A DNA stretch of 63,635 bases, filler included, from Choristocarpus tenellus KU-1152 (lineage: Eukaryota > Protista > Phaeophyceae): NCBI GenBank assembly GCA_964200185.2. It is 7 parts of 7 records of this genome, joined end to end, with 100 filler letters (N's around TTAATTAATTAA, not from the genome) between each part and the next. Parts side by side here need not be neighbours in the genome. Positions count along the whole stretch, not along the records: positions 18,894 to 26,282 come from CAXNAD020006230.1; positions 26,383 to 40,818 come from CAXNAD020001191.1; 5 more parts are not named here. The stretch is one strand, 5' to 3'. The notes under the pieces are model-generated. The model was not told where the DNA came from. It did no database searches and saw nothing but the letters and a program-made list of their open reading frames with translations. Shown piece after piece: positions 26,189-38,975 of the stretch. Numbering within the stretch: the first letter of the stretch is position 1; each line of letters opens with the position of its first letter. The position numbers were made by a program, and so were the translations under genes.

Positions 26189-27272
26189 CTAATTGAAGGA
26201 AGGTGGCAGCAGTGGTGGGGGGGAGGGGGGGGGGTTAGAATGGGGGGAGAGGGGAGGACTACTATAAGAACACTTGGTAAGGNNNNNNNNNNNNNNNNNN
26301 NNNNNNNNNNNNNNNNNNNNNNNNNNTTAATTAATTAANNNNNNNNNNNNNNNNNNNNNNNNNNNNNNNNNNNNNNNNNNNNCCCGGCTGCCCACTACAT
26401 GTTCAAGTTGTTGAGTTTTTTTTTTCATTTAAGACCCGCCCACCACCCCCCCCCCCCCCCCCCCCACACACACACACCAAGAAAAACAGCATACATAATG
26501 CAAGTGTTGGGTTCAGTTATACGGCACTTTTTTCCATCAGCCGTTGAAGAACAAAACTCCTGTCACAGTGTGCTCACTGGGAAGGGATTGATTAATTTAT
26601 ACTCCCAAAAGCAAGGCTCAAGGCTCAAGGCTCAAGGCACAACAACAACAAGGCAGTCTTCCCAAAGTCCTTTGAAGAACCTTACCTTCCACTTCAATTC
26701 AATGCCCTGAACTAATATAACCATTGAGAGTCCTTATGCCTCCCAAAACCCTAACCCAAAAGAGTGTTCCTAGAATGAGTACCCCCCCTACAGCTGTTTG
26801 CAATGTATTCAGCTGAATTGCAGTTTACACTTGGCAATGCCACTCATACATCCTACAAAAATGCGTCCACATAGAGCACTCGCTTCTGCCAGAGAGTCAC
26901 GTAACCACAACCGTAACGATGCAAGCATTGCACACCGCCTACCAAGTCATGTAACCACAACCGTGCCTGGAGAGAACAACACTCCTTTGATTCCAATACA
27001 ACTCACAGCAAGAACCTCCTCAACACCACCTTCAGTACCTATTCCAACGAAACCACCCAAGCCACCCAACAGAACCTTCCACTTACTTCCCCCCCCCCCC
27101 CTTCCATTAACCGTGGCAACCATCCCTTCCCTCCTCCCCCCCCAGCCTTCCTGCCACCCCTAAAAACCAAAATGACCAGTCAACCCTCTTTTCACAAAAA
27201 GACAAAACATTCCAAGATTAGCTCTTCTCACACCATACTCCCTATAGCGTAAACGCACAGTGTCCCTCTCAC

Positions 27273-29908
27273 CCAACAACAACTAGCCCCCCCATTCGTT
27301 CCTCGCTCCTCCCCACAGTCACAGTGGTCCCCCTTTTAGCAATCCCAAAGTCAGATGTCGTAAGCAGTGGTCTGGGGTCCACTGCTCCCCGCACGGCAAC
27401 AAAGTCAGCTGCTGTCCGGTACAAAAACCTTGCCCCTTCCAGCTCTTCTAAAAGGAGGCCTGCTACAAAGACCTTCCAACAAGGACGACACATGGAGGAT
27501 AAAGCAGTAGTCAGGAGTGGGAACAAAGTACCAATGGGGTCGAGGAGAGGGCTCCACTTCTGACGTGGGAGAAGTATTGAGCACGTCTGATCAGCGAGCT
27601 CAGCAGGAAAAGGACATCGCCAGCGATAGGTTCAAGGGAGCAGGAAGACTATACCTGGGTACATTAGCAGTCTGCGTCAGTGCAGTCTTTTATCCACAAA
27701 AATTTACTATGTTTCTGGTACATTATTCTGGCGATGCTTTGCCATCGCACTCTATTACTTGTACACAGAGTACTTGCTGGTCACCAAACCATGTCACACC
27801 CTACTTCCTCCTTCCCTTCCCATCGCACCTGGAGGTCCCTCTCCTCAACGGCATTCACAATCACACAACCCCCCCTTGCACCCCTCAGCCTTGCCCGAAC
27901 AGCATCGGGTCCACCTTGTCTGAGGTCCTCCAGTGACACGGACGTGATGGACACTCCAGCACTTTCCCCTTGAAACGATGCAGCAGCCCCTTCAACACTC
28001 CCCCCAATCACTTGTTCCATGTTTGCTTCTCTTCCTGTGAATGCTCCAGTGGCCACTGCAGCACCAACCTTGGTTGTGGGCCCCACAAGCATACCTGACT
28101 TCTCTTGAATCCAGAGGCCAAGGTTGGAGGACTGGTAGCCAAAAGCAGGGTCGCGAGCAAACTCTGTCTCTCCGGAAGGAATGAGAATCCCTTCCTCACC
28201 CTGCTCAACGACATAGTGGATGTCACCCGCTGTTAGACGACCTCCAGCAAGGAAGAATGGGGCGATGATCCAGCCATCATGCCTAGCTGTCAAGTGGTGA
28301 ATGGTGTTGGGGTAAGTGTTGGAGAGAGGATTGGATATTCAGGGGTGGTGTAGGGAGGGTAATATTCTCTACAATGATATATATATATATATATATCACT
28401 GGTCAGTAGCCCTCTTTGCAGTGAGGCGTGACAATGAGAATTTGGTTCATTTGAGCACATCTAATAAACCTCACTATGAATCATGAAGATTCCCCACTTC
28501 CCCAATAGATCATGAAGGTACTGCACTGTTCCAACATTGTGCCCATCATGCGGGATGGCGAGGGCTAGCATACAGAGGCTGCCAATATCTCATACACTCA
28601 TACTCCTATAACCACATACATCCAGAAGATGCATCAACACTTAGGACTGGTGACCTACATAAGGTCTTGGAATACTCAAGCACATCAGAGGAAAATGCAC
28701 AAACCCATTCACCCCGTAGTTATCCCAACTACTACTCCCTATTCCCGCTACCCATATCGCTCCCTGGCAAATTCCTTGCCCACTTCCTAACCCTATACTG
28801 CATCCGTTACCCATGGCTGGACTAAATCTCACTGTCTAGACCCTTCTCCAGAGCATGCAGGTCGTGAGGGAAGTGTCCTCGTAGTGTAGAATCGCCCCTT
28901 GAAACTAAGGCCACATCAACTCCTGTCACATCGCTCGCCTTACGAATATTTGCAGCAATAATTTCGTAGAGCTCCGATGCCTCCCTTGGTGGGAGGGCCC
29001 TGGAGTTGGTGTTCAGATAGAACACACGATACTTACCCATGGTGGCAAGCTGCAACAGTGAGATTGGGGAAGGGTGGGGGGAAGAGAAAAATGACTGGAC
29101 CAACTGATGTACAGTAAAGCTTCCAGCTGCATCGTGAGTGACCATCGTAAACTAGACTGGCGGGAAAGGTTTATAACTGACCAGGCTGGTCTGGTAACTT
29201 CATGTGTGCCCCATTTGAAGGACCTGCAAAGAAGGGCTCGGAGCTCGCCTCGGCAGGCTGTCTCATGATTAACGACAACATCTCAAGGAATATCTCAATC
29301 AAAATCCGTGATGCATTCATCTCGAGCTACAAAATTGACAAAACACAAGTCGTATGACCCTCTCCTGTATCTGCGAGTCTTGCAGACCGCCCTCAACAAT
29401 ATTTCACATCCCATAGCAAAGGTCACCGCTGTGCACCTCACCTCCTTCACCAATGCATCAATCGTCCAATCCGCCAATACAGCGACGCTATGAACCGTCT
29501 GAGTGCCAGTGGGGTCGTCGTCAAGGACCACCAATACCTTGCGCAACGCCACTGCGTTTGTGCGAATTTCATCCTTCAAATCGTATTGCCAGGCAGGCGG
29601 CAGCGATGCTAGCAGCTCACGACGGGTACCAGGTCGGTGACCTCGAACAATACCAGATGAGAGACCCTAACAGGATTTAATCGGTCCCGGCAGAAAGGAA
29701 AATACTGTAAGTAAAGTGATTGTAGCAACGACGATATCAAAACAGGTTTGTATACCTCAAAATTTCACACCTTTATTACCTTACAAGCTCGAAGATGAGG
29801 CTTCCCCTGCAGAAATTCAGATATATAACCGCACCATAGTGGATAACCAACGTTTGCCAGTCCTCGCCTCCTCTTCGAGACCACCTGGGCGCATCGAAAG
29901 GGAAGCAT
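27273..29908 (-). CDS. Four-carbon acid sugar kinase family protein (DUF1537, YgbK/OtnK/DtnK-like), 3' end missing
   Basis: Exons 29908-29780, 29666-29442, 29049-28833, 28286-27829 and 27472-27273, all GT-AG and phase-compatible. Motifs VVLDDDPTGTQTVH, NTNSR, SRGDSTLRGHFP, PFFLAGGR, GETEFARDPAFGYQSSNL, FLYRTAA, GGLVVVG. Exon 1 is the least certain. Confidence 0.93.
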
Positions 29909-30364
29909 GATAATGTCGTAGACTGGGTATGCCTCAATTTCTAGTATGTATTTCAACTTCAATAGTAGTACAACTCTCATTCTATTCATATATTCTTAGT
30001 TGATACAATACAATTCACTTCTCGACATTTGAAAACCAAAGTATGACATGTACTTGGTCAACAGAAACACACCCATCACTCCAGTGTGTTGGTGGATGCT
30101 TGGCATCCAAAACATGAATATTCTCTTGAAAGGCTAGGATATTGACATAGTCGAAGAATCTCTGCCTCCATTATTGGAGTATTCTCTGTGCATATATCAC
30201 TAGTGGGGAAAGGGTATTGACTGACGATCTACAATCGTCGTCAATCACCGAATTCCAATGAAGGAGTCCTACTCTATGAAGCAAAGAAAGGAAAGCTACA
30301 CTGCGAACGGAATGAGGAGAGTGTCTTCTTAAAGAGTCTGAACGTCGAGGGGTGACTGGAGATA

Positions 30365-30549
30365 ATGGGGAATAGGAAGCGTGGTAGTGATTGCGCATCA
30401 AGTACACAAGTCGCAGAAGAGGCCACCGTAGGATGGGACTTTTGCGCCCGTGCAACACTCGAGGAAGGGACGGACCAACTTTCTCGCAAAGAGGTTCGCG
30501 GAGGTCAGCGGGAAAGAGCAGGGTATCCACGGAAAGTCGTGGGAAGAAG
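30365..30549 (+). CDS. Possible first exon of a gene divergent from the kinase
   Basis: ATG-initiated open frame ending at a good donor (AAG|gtgagg), ~460 bp from the kinase ATG; no homology recognised. Confidence 0.2.
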
Positions 30550-30576
30550 GTGAGGGTAAACGTCTTCAAGGAGTAC

Positions 30577-30761
30577 AGACTCAAAGTATCTGATGGGGGG
30601 GAGGGAAGGGTCTACACCAGGGTGTTCATTTGGGTCATATCCAGGAAAAGTGCACATACATTAACCATCCGACGTATGCAACCAAACCACCCAAAATTCG
30701 CGACATGGAAAAAAATGGCCCCAAATGGACAGCCGCCACCCCCCCCAGATACTTTGAGACT
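30577..30761 (+). mobile_element. MITE family B, full copy (~185 bp)
   Basis: TIRs AGACTCAAAGTATCTG(AT)GGGGGG / CCCCCCCAGATACTTTGAGACT; flanks GTAC and GATC are not a perfect duplication. Confidence 0.88.
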
Positions 30762-30899
30762 GATCAGAGGAAGGGGATAAAACTGCCCCCTCTGAATCCC
30801 ACCAAGTTGCTGACAGACACATTTCTTTTTATGTCTAGAATGCTGCAAACCCTTACTTTCGGGCAGGGAGATGAGAACCAATAGATCGTCCATACATCC

Positions 30900-31330
30900 A
30901 CAATGAGAACTGCGTGCATCATGTAAAGCGGATGAACCATGTGTTGCAGGAGATAGGGCTGTCTATAGCAGGAACAACCAAGGATGGAGGGGAGGGGAAG
31001 AACATCAACGCGTTCATGATGTGCATGCTTGGAGATCAGCCAGAGTTGAAAGTAATAGAACCTAGCATCAAGATCCTGGTTGAGCGTCTGGATGGATACT
31101 GCCAGATGCTTCCAAAGTATCTTTGCAAGCTGGACCCCATTGAAGTGATCTGGGGTTGGGGTAAGGAATATCTGATGAAAACAACACTTACAATTTGGAG
31201 GGAATGGGGACTTAACATTCCCATCTGTTTGCTGGATGGGGACTTGAAAGTGTGATAGTCCAGAAATACTTCAGGAAGGCCCAGGTCTACCACCTACCTT
31301 GTGGCAGACAAAACTGTATGGAGACTGTCA
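30900..31330 (+). mobile_element. IS630/Tc1-like transposase C-terminal fragment
   Basis: MLPKYLCKLDPIEVIWGWGK matches the (F/L)PK(F/Y)HCELNPIExxWG motif around the catalytic Glu. Confidence 0.7.
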
Positions 31331-31419
31331 ACCTTGATGTTGAGTACAAGTACAATTCATGCTGCAGACCTTGCCCTTTGGTGTACGTTGTGTAGAGAGC
31401 AGGAACAAAAATAACACTA

Positions 31420-33117
31420 CTCCCTTTGAACCTGAAGTCTGGGCTGTGAAGTTGTACCTCTTCGGGATGACCTCTGATTACAAAACGGACTGTTGTGTTG
31501 GATTCCTTGGAATATTTTATATTGAAGAACTGAATTTCAAAGAATTATACAAAGAATTCTGTTCTGAAATGGTTCCCAAACAATGGAACACAGAATGGGG
31601 CATATTCTTATCACTTTTGAATGCTCCTGCTACAGTGTGGAGCTGTACAACACTCTCACAACCCCCATGGCAAGCCCCCACAGCCCGTCATCCCCAGCAC
31701 AAAGCCCAATGTCTCAGGGAAGAACTTCAAGCTGACCGAGGAAGGTCAGATCACACTTGCTCTGTGTTACACATTGGCTCTTCCTCTGGGTCATGAGAGG
31801 CTCCCGAGGGGTGTGGGGTTTAAATTGGCGAAAGAGTTTGGAGTGGGAGAGAGACACCCTAGACGAGTGTGGGCACGTATCAAAGAATAGACGGGGAATA
31901 CCATCTCCCTGAAATCACAAGTACTACAATCTGGACAGTCGTCGGACTTTAAGCCAGCAAACATATGAAGATGCTGGAAATCAGCGCCAGTAATCGCACT
32001 CTGACTATCGACAAACTTCCCACCATGCTCGTTGAAATGGGCCTCATGGTCAGCAGCTCAAAGCTTCATTGCTGGCTTGAAGCCATGGGGGCAACGAGGG
32101 TTCATCGGTGTGTTACCTGTAGCCTTTCGTTTTCTCACAAGAAGTACAGGGTGCACTTCATCCTCAGTCAGATATCCCGCAACCGCAAAACCTACAGTAC
32201 TGGCCTAAACATCGTTCACATCGATGAGGCGTGGTTCTACCTCATCCACGAACGAGAGACGGCGCGCATGTTCGTGGGGAGGAATAGGTGGGCTCAACAA
32301 ACATTCAGCACAAGAGTCATATTCCTGAAGTGGTGTTCACCTCCGCCATTTTGCACCCTGATCCTTCCCATGATTTCGACAGCAAGAGTGGAATCTGATA
32401 GGTTTGCATGATGAAGGAGGTGCAATGGACTACAGTGTGGCACATGAAGGGCGAGGAGTACAAAGCCGAAGTCACCGTCGTCACCGAGTGGTACCTGGAG
32501 TGGTACACAGAGCAGCTGTTGACAGCGATCAAGGAAAAAATGCCGTGGCTTGCATTGGGGGGGGGCTCCATACAGCAGGACGATACAACCCCACATACGA
32601 GCAAGGGCACAGTGCAGAAGTTGAACACGGCAGGGGTGAAAGAGGGATGGAACATTAAGCTCGTGATGCAGCCAGCACAGTCGCTGGATCTCAATATCAA
32701 TAATTTGGGGGTATTTTGCATCTCTGAAGAGCAGGGTTTGGGCCAAGCGTTACAGCACTGTTGATGAACTTGTAGAGGGGTTTCAAGTATGTTCCACGCA
32801 TACGACGCGGACTTGCTTTAGAGGGTGTGGTAGAGTTTGTTTAAGAGGTACAATCATGTGTTATGGGCGCCGGGGCGGAACGTTTTCGAGGTAGAGTACA
32901 CCAGGACCAAAAGAAGGCAGGTTGGCTGGATCAGTGAAAGTAGATCAAGTGACCTCCACAGTGGTCCTGGATAGGTGGGTTGCAGTGTGGAATAAAGGTG
33001 AGAAAAAGTTTAAAATGAACCTTTTCCAATGAATCCAATGCAAAGGTCCGTTTTGTAATCAGAGGTCATCCCAAAGAGCTACAACATAACGGCCTAGACG
33101 TATGGGGACAGAGGGAG
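31420..33117 (+). mobile_element. Full-length decayed mariner-like element (DD39D/Stowaway-type) with ~72-bp TIRs
   Basis: TA|CTCCCT...GGGATGACCTCTGATTACAAAACGGAC (31420-31490) is inverted at 33046-33117 (AGGGAG|CA). Broken transposase at ~31700-32930 with VHIDEAWFY, HKSHIPEVVF, IQQDDTTPH and QPAQSLDLNINNLGVF. Confidence 0.92.
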
Positions 33118-33422
33118 CATTACTCTAACATCCAATTAGCAAGCTATCTCATGGAGAGAGGATCACAACACAGCCACTTTTATGATCAAATTCGTTCTCT
33201 ACCATGAGTGATGGCCTGGCAAACCTTCCCAACACCCATCTGGATGGGTGGACAGACTGGCGTCCAAACATCTCAATTCAATTATGGATTTTGTCTGGTG
33301 CAAAGGAAGCTATTATAACGACAAAACCACATGGCATATAAGGTACAGGATGAACTTATGAACAAATTATAACCGTTTTCATGCAAAAAATGATTCTTGA
33401 GCCCAAGTTATGATGCAATAAA

Positions 33423-33677
33423 GAGTCAAAGTAAGTGAGAGGTACCCAAGACTTCAAGGATGCCGACAAAAATGTGCAAATTTTTTGCTTTTTGTACAAA
33501 TTTGTGTAGGGAATTTTCTGAATTCCGTCGAAAAATATTAAACAATAGAGAGATCAACGCTTTCAAATCAATCTTAGTATTTCATCCGTGGAAATATGGA
33601 TGAATTGCAGTTGACGAGAAAAATGGCATAAAATGCAAAACGGCCAAGAACTGGGTACCTCTCATCTACTTTGACTC
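33423..33677. mobile_element. MITE family C (255 bp)
   Basis: ~26-bp TIRs GAGTCAAAGTAAGTGAGAGGTACCCA / TGGGTACCTCTCATCTACTTTGACTC; interior unlike families A and B; no target duplication visible. Confidence 0.85.
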
Positions 33678-35313
33678 AGTTCATCCTCAAAGTGATCGGT
33701 TGCACTAGATGAATATATACACATTTATGTATGAATGTACCACAATCAAACAAAGCAGCAGTAATACCTTCTGAAACAGAACTAATAGTACTACCTATAT
33801 CTGAAGCAGGAGATATTAGGGGGTGGTGGTAATAATCAGGTGGCTGAAAATATGAAGGGGGCAAGTTGAGAAGGGGGAGGATTATGACAAGTCAATTCAG
33901 TCAGGTAAACGCATATTCCTTAGGCAGCAATCCCTGATTGTTGTTGTAATCATTGGATGCGACTGATCCTTCACTCATCGCCTACCCGTCTCTCTGTATG
34001 TATGCATTTTATGAAGTATAGATTTCTATGGTTTAGTTCTTACCAAGCAGTTGGTTGGCGGCCTCACTGAGCGGGTTGTGTATTGTGTCGTTTCAGCACA
34101 AGAGATTGATACAGAGAATTATACCACTACTACTCTACTTCTTACTTTCATGTAGTCCTGTGTTGTGTTACCGTGGACAAGCATCATGTTGAGTGATTAT
34201 ATTACTTGTTTCATATATTTTTATTCTAGCATGTATTAGTAATAAGTATTAAATACTCCGAGTACTGCATAATAGTTCTACATGATCAATGATACAACGT
34301 CTATACTGCCTCCTTCCTTCCTTCGTGGTTATGGCTTATGCTTGGAGTAGATAGAGATAGACTGCCTGCCACCAATGTGTTTACCACAAGTAATACACAC
34401 AACCTACACACAAGAACAACTATGAAAATAAGTAGGCATGATAGGCAACAATAGTTATGTACAACACCATAGGCAGTAGTAACGGCCAACACAAAGAGCA
34501 TGATGACGAGCAGTTGAAGACCTTTCCAAATTCTTCTAGATATCACCATTGATACAGCTTTTGTAAATGTCGCCATTTCATCAATACCGACCACTACTAC
34601 TACTACTAATGCTATGATTGCAAGAAAAAGAAGTGGTAACAACACATATATCCTGTGGGGAAGAGGGAGCGGAGGTAATGCACAAGGCACATTATTTGCA
34701 CACAAAATTTGTGGTAGCAATTCTGCCAGAGTAAAACCATCCTCCTCACGAACATCCTCAACAACATCACACAGCAAGAGATGCATGCATACATGACCCC
34801 ACGCCAGATTAAGCCCTACTTTGACTAGGCTCCTCACCAGGATATAGTTCCAGAAGAAAAAATACAAGAGGTCAGTTTTTGTCAGTCTTGAAGTAGTTAA
34901 TCCTAAAAGTCCAAAATTGGAAACCCCACTCTAGTTTTTAATGGTCTGTTTGGGTTTAAAGTTTTCTCTGTTAAACAAAATAATACGTATATACATACAC
35001 ATACTACTCAGAGTATGTGATGACTGCATAAAGCTGGTCTCCACCTCAACGAGAAACGTTCATTTTGGGCTTATCATACCTGAAAACACTACCATCACTA
35101 CTTCTTCTCCTACAAGTACACTACAAATATTAACACTTGCAGCCAGTGGGCGTAAAAGAAAACTAAGGCCCCATCTATGGAGTAATCAAAGTTGATTTGA
35201 TTGTGTGATATATTATGCTTGTACCTGGCACGTTGCGGTGACTCAGAAATAAGGACTTCTTATTTGGTAATATCTACTCTTCCTCCTCTAACATTGAATA
35301 CACTCAACCGTCT

Positions 35314-35572
35314 GAGTCAAAGTATCTTAGAGGGTAGGGCCGCGTCCATTTGGGGGCCAAAATCCAATGTTGCGATTTTGATGTAATTTTGACTATCGTG
35401 TTTGTTAGGAATTGACAATATCCTTGTTCCGGACACGCCTTTTCACAATGTTACACATTTTACCGACTCCGAAAAATTTCAGGGAAGGAAAATGTAATAA
35501 AAAACCCAAGGGAAGTCAAGCCCCAAACGAACAAACATGGCAAGACTCGTACCCTCTAAGAAACTTTCACTC
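35314..35572 (-). mobile_element. MITE family A, full inverted copy, target duplication GTCT
   Basis: GTCT|GAGTCAAAGTATCTTAGAGGGTA...TACCCTCTAAGAAACTTTCACTC|GTCT. Confidence 0.92.
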
Positions 35573-36975
35573 GTCTAGAGCCTTTTATTTGCTTGTAGCC
35601 TACTGACTCTACTGCATAGTATACGCTACTTTATCAAATGGAGGAATGAATTATTGACATAGCACTTGCTGCTTCTCTACTGATGGCACAGTATGTGTGT
35701 ATGATTCGTATTATTATGATGGGGTAACATTAAATTATCGTAATTAATATTAAGGACGTAGGAGCCGACAACTAGTCCGCACTCTTCACTGAAAAAAATA
35801 ACTCAAAATAGGACAAGGAGCAAGAAGAGCAGCTACAGTGGGACCAGAAATAGTACGTAGGATCAAATATAAGAACACAGGAGGAGGAATCTTACAACAA
35901 TAACAGTAGGTAGGGGAGAGCATTAAGGGGAATGAAGTACTATTATTTGTTTCGTATACTACGGAGAAATTTGTAGCAGTCAAACTAAACAAGCTGTAAC
36001 CACATTTGCATTTAATGGATGATAAATATGTGCCAAAATCGCCTTTTTTTTCAACTATGCATTGGACATTTTCTGAAATGTGTGGGAAAAGATTCAAACA
36101 ACAGAAATAAATGTTCTGAAGTCGAACTTAGTACTTCATCCATAGAAATACGGGCAAATTGCGAAAGACTGAAAAACAGACTTGAAATACCAAAACAGCT
36201 ATAATCTGAGTGATGTTAGTTGAATTTGGCTCAGTACAGCAAAATGGTGTCTACCATATTTATCATTTAGAAACAAGAGTGTATATGTGACTGAGCGTTG
36301 ATTGCTTTGTTGTTTTTCGCATCAAATATTGTATAATAAAACATGAACCTTTGTGGTATTAGTATCACAATTATGTTACGACCACTACCATCACTATTGC
36401 TAGGGAGTTTGTAGTGGACTCTACTACTAGTGGTGCAAGGCAGAGAGCATTGCGTATCTCTACATACAATATAACAATGAAGTCTTCGTACACGCACCAA
36501 TTAACCTGTTGTTTCCAGTCAAATAAATGTTACTGCAAAGTGGAGAACACACTCCTTATCGTGTACATCCAGTCACCTTAAAGGGTGCATGGTTAATGAG
36601 TTCAGTACTTGTCATACAGCAGGACATACTGTCAAATAATTGCCCCGCTCACAGTGATTTGAGACCAAGAACCTGAGTATAGTCATATTCTTATTGAAGC
36701 AAGTGGTGATGGCATTTGCTTGACTGGAGGCATCTCTCTGTATGTGGGAAACAAGGAGTGAGTAACAGTGAGTTGTACTATCTACAGGGTTGGGTCGGGA
36801 CTTGGTCACATTGTCATGCTTCAGTATGAATTATACAACGCTTATCTGCTATTTCTGTGGCAAGCCATCATTGGTTGATAAGGATGAGCAATGATTGAAC
36901 AAAAACAATCAGGAGGGTAGATAGACTGGCAACAAATTAGTTCAATATTAACAGGACTGAACCAAGATAAAATTA

Positions 36976-37234
36976 AAGTGAAAGTATGTTAGAGGGTACA
37001 AGCTTTATCCTATTTGCCCATTTGGGACTTGGCTTTCCACGTGTTTTTTATGACATTGTACCTATTCCGAAATGTCTCGGAGTAGGTAAAATGTGTACAT
37101 TATAAAAAGGTTTGTCCGGAACAAGGATATTGACACTTCCTGACAAACACGATAGCCAAAAATACATCAAAATTGCAACATTGGATTTTGGGCCTCAAAT
37201 GGACACGGCTTTACCCTCTAAGAGAATTGGACTT
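36976..37234 (+). mobile_element. MITE family A, full copy, apparent duplication TTA
   Basis: Colinear with 5356-5619; termini mutated to AAGTG.../...GACTT. Confidence 0.9.
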
Positions 37235-38721
37235 TTATTATGTTACAGATACTATACACTGCCACATAACGTGTAGGTAGTGTGTAGACTTAAAGAACTG
37301 TAGACAGATGATTACACCAATATTTGAGCAGTCTTCCAAAGGCACCACATCACAGTCTACAGCAACTTCATGTCCGTGAGAGTACACATATTGAAGGCAT
37401 GCTACACCCACAGACAAAAATAGTTTGAACTCTAGTCAGTTGCAGGTTGTTAAGTAATGCAAGCGGTGCTTGACCTCAATGAACCGCTCTCATTTACAAT
37501 AGAGGGCAAGTGCATGTACACTTCATCCTGCCAGGAATCTCGCACAAAGCTTGAGAAAAGTAGTCTAATTGAGCTCTACGACTACTTCTTAGGCATGAGC
37601 ACAGCACGACTTGCTCTTTGCTGCGTCTCACATGTCCACTGTGTGCAGCTACAGGCAAAAAAAAGGAAGCCCCAAAGTCACCTGAGTGGGAGAGCAGACT
37701 TGGGTTTCTCAATGTGTCCATACTTTAGATAAGTCGATGGTAGCTTAGTAGCCTTCAAGAAATAATAAGAAAACTCTGGAATCCCAACTCAATACATTCT
37801 GCACTGAGCACGCCATGGCTGCTTCGTTCACTATGGGTCATCTGGTACCTTGCCACTACCCAAACAACAAAACAATACAAATGCAAAGCCTGACAGATGC
37901 TCATCTCTTTCCAAGACACCAAATATTGCTTGTGATACATGTATTGTAATACCTCCCACAGCTATGTAGAGGACCAAACATGTAGAGTAACACATGCCAT
38001 AAAAAACATAAAAAAATATACAGCTAGCCGAGCACACTAACAAAAAACACATACACACTGCCTCCTCTCTCCGCCTCCTAGAGCATGCTCAATCTAGGCA
38101 CCACCACCACCCCTCTCAACTCAGGCCTCAACCGTGGTCCCAACTACCCATCTGTCCATCCATCATCTCCACAGGCTTCTCTCTCTAATGTACACACCCT
38201 TCCCACATAGAACACATACGCATACACACAACAGGAACAACCCACAAGACAAGCATGATTCGCCCCTCTGGACCTCAATCCCACCACCTCCTGCTCCCCT
38301 CCGGCCTTCATGTACCGTGTACAACCCTGTTTGGGCGCAGAGTGCATGACAACTGCAGGACCAGCAAAAAAATCTGCATATATATTATCATATTCAATGG
38401 AAAAGTGGTCCAATGTATCGAGATATTCACAATGCCAGCACACAGATCAATTACAGATGTGTATAATGAGCTAGTGTGAGTGCACAGGAGGTACTGTTGG
38501 CAGAGGTGTTGGCAGTGCTAGTGAGAATGCATAGGGAGGTGTACAGAGGATTGGATACAACAAGAGGGCAGGGGGGTTGTTGGAGGCTAGGTCAAGACCA
38601 AGGTTCAAGACAGGAACGAATCATGCCTCGATTTTCTCCAGTCTCTCCCTCAAAAAGAAAACCAAAGGTTGTATTTCTTGTCTTTCAACAGACGAGACTC
38701 AGACCTGCATAGCCAAGTGAC

Positions 38722-38975
38722 CAGGCAGACCAGGTACCAGAACCAGTGCTAGCCCAGACCAGACAAGATTAGACTGGACCAGCTTAGAACTGGCCAACAC
38801 CAGACCACCAGACCAGACCAGAGCCACAGAACAACCACAGTCAACAAGCCCAGACCAGTCCCCGAACCAGACCAGCATCAGATCCAGACCAAAAGTAGAC
38901 CAGTCCCAGTCCCAGTCCTAGAGTCAGACCAGCCCAGATAAAGACCAGACCAGACCAGATCAGACCAGACCAGAT
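38722..38975. repeat. Degenerate (AGACC)n pentanucleotide array
   Basis: Many CCAGA/AGACC/CCAGT units, most regular at 38942-38974. Confidence 0.85.

Noticed and set aside
26210-26465. Long G/C runs as functional G-quadruplexes
   Set aside because: They lie near contig ends, where homopolymer length is unreliable; no further evidence.
26660-27030. Next exon of the DUF1537 kinase
   Set aside because: The expected SYVxKT-like continuation was not found; the remaining exons are probably on another contig.
34301-34867. 188-aa hydrophobic ORF
   Set aside because: Antisense of A/C-rich low-complexity DNA with no motif or splice support.
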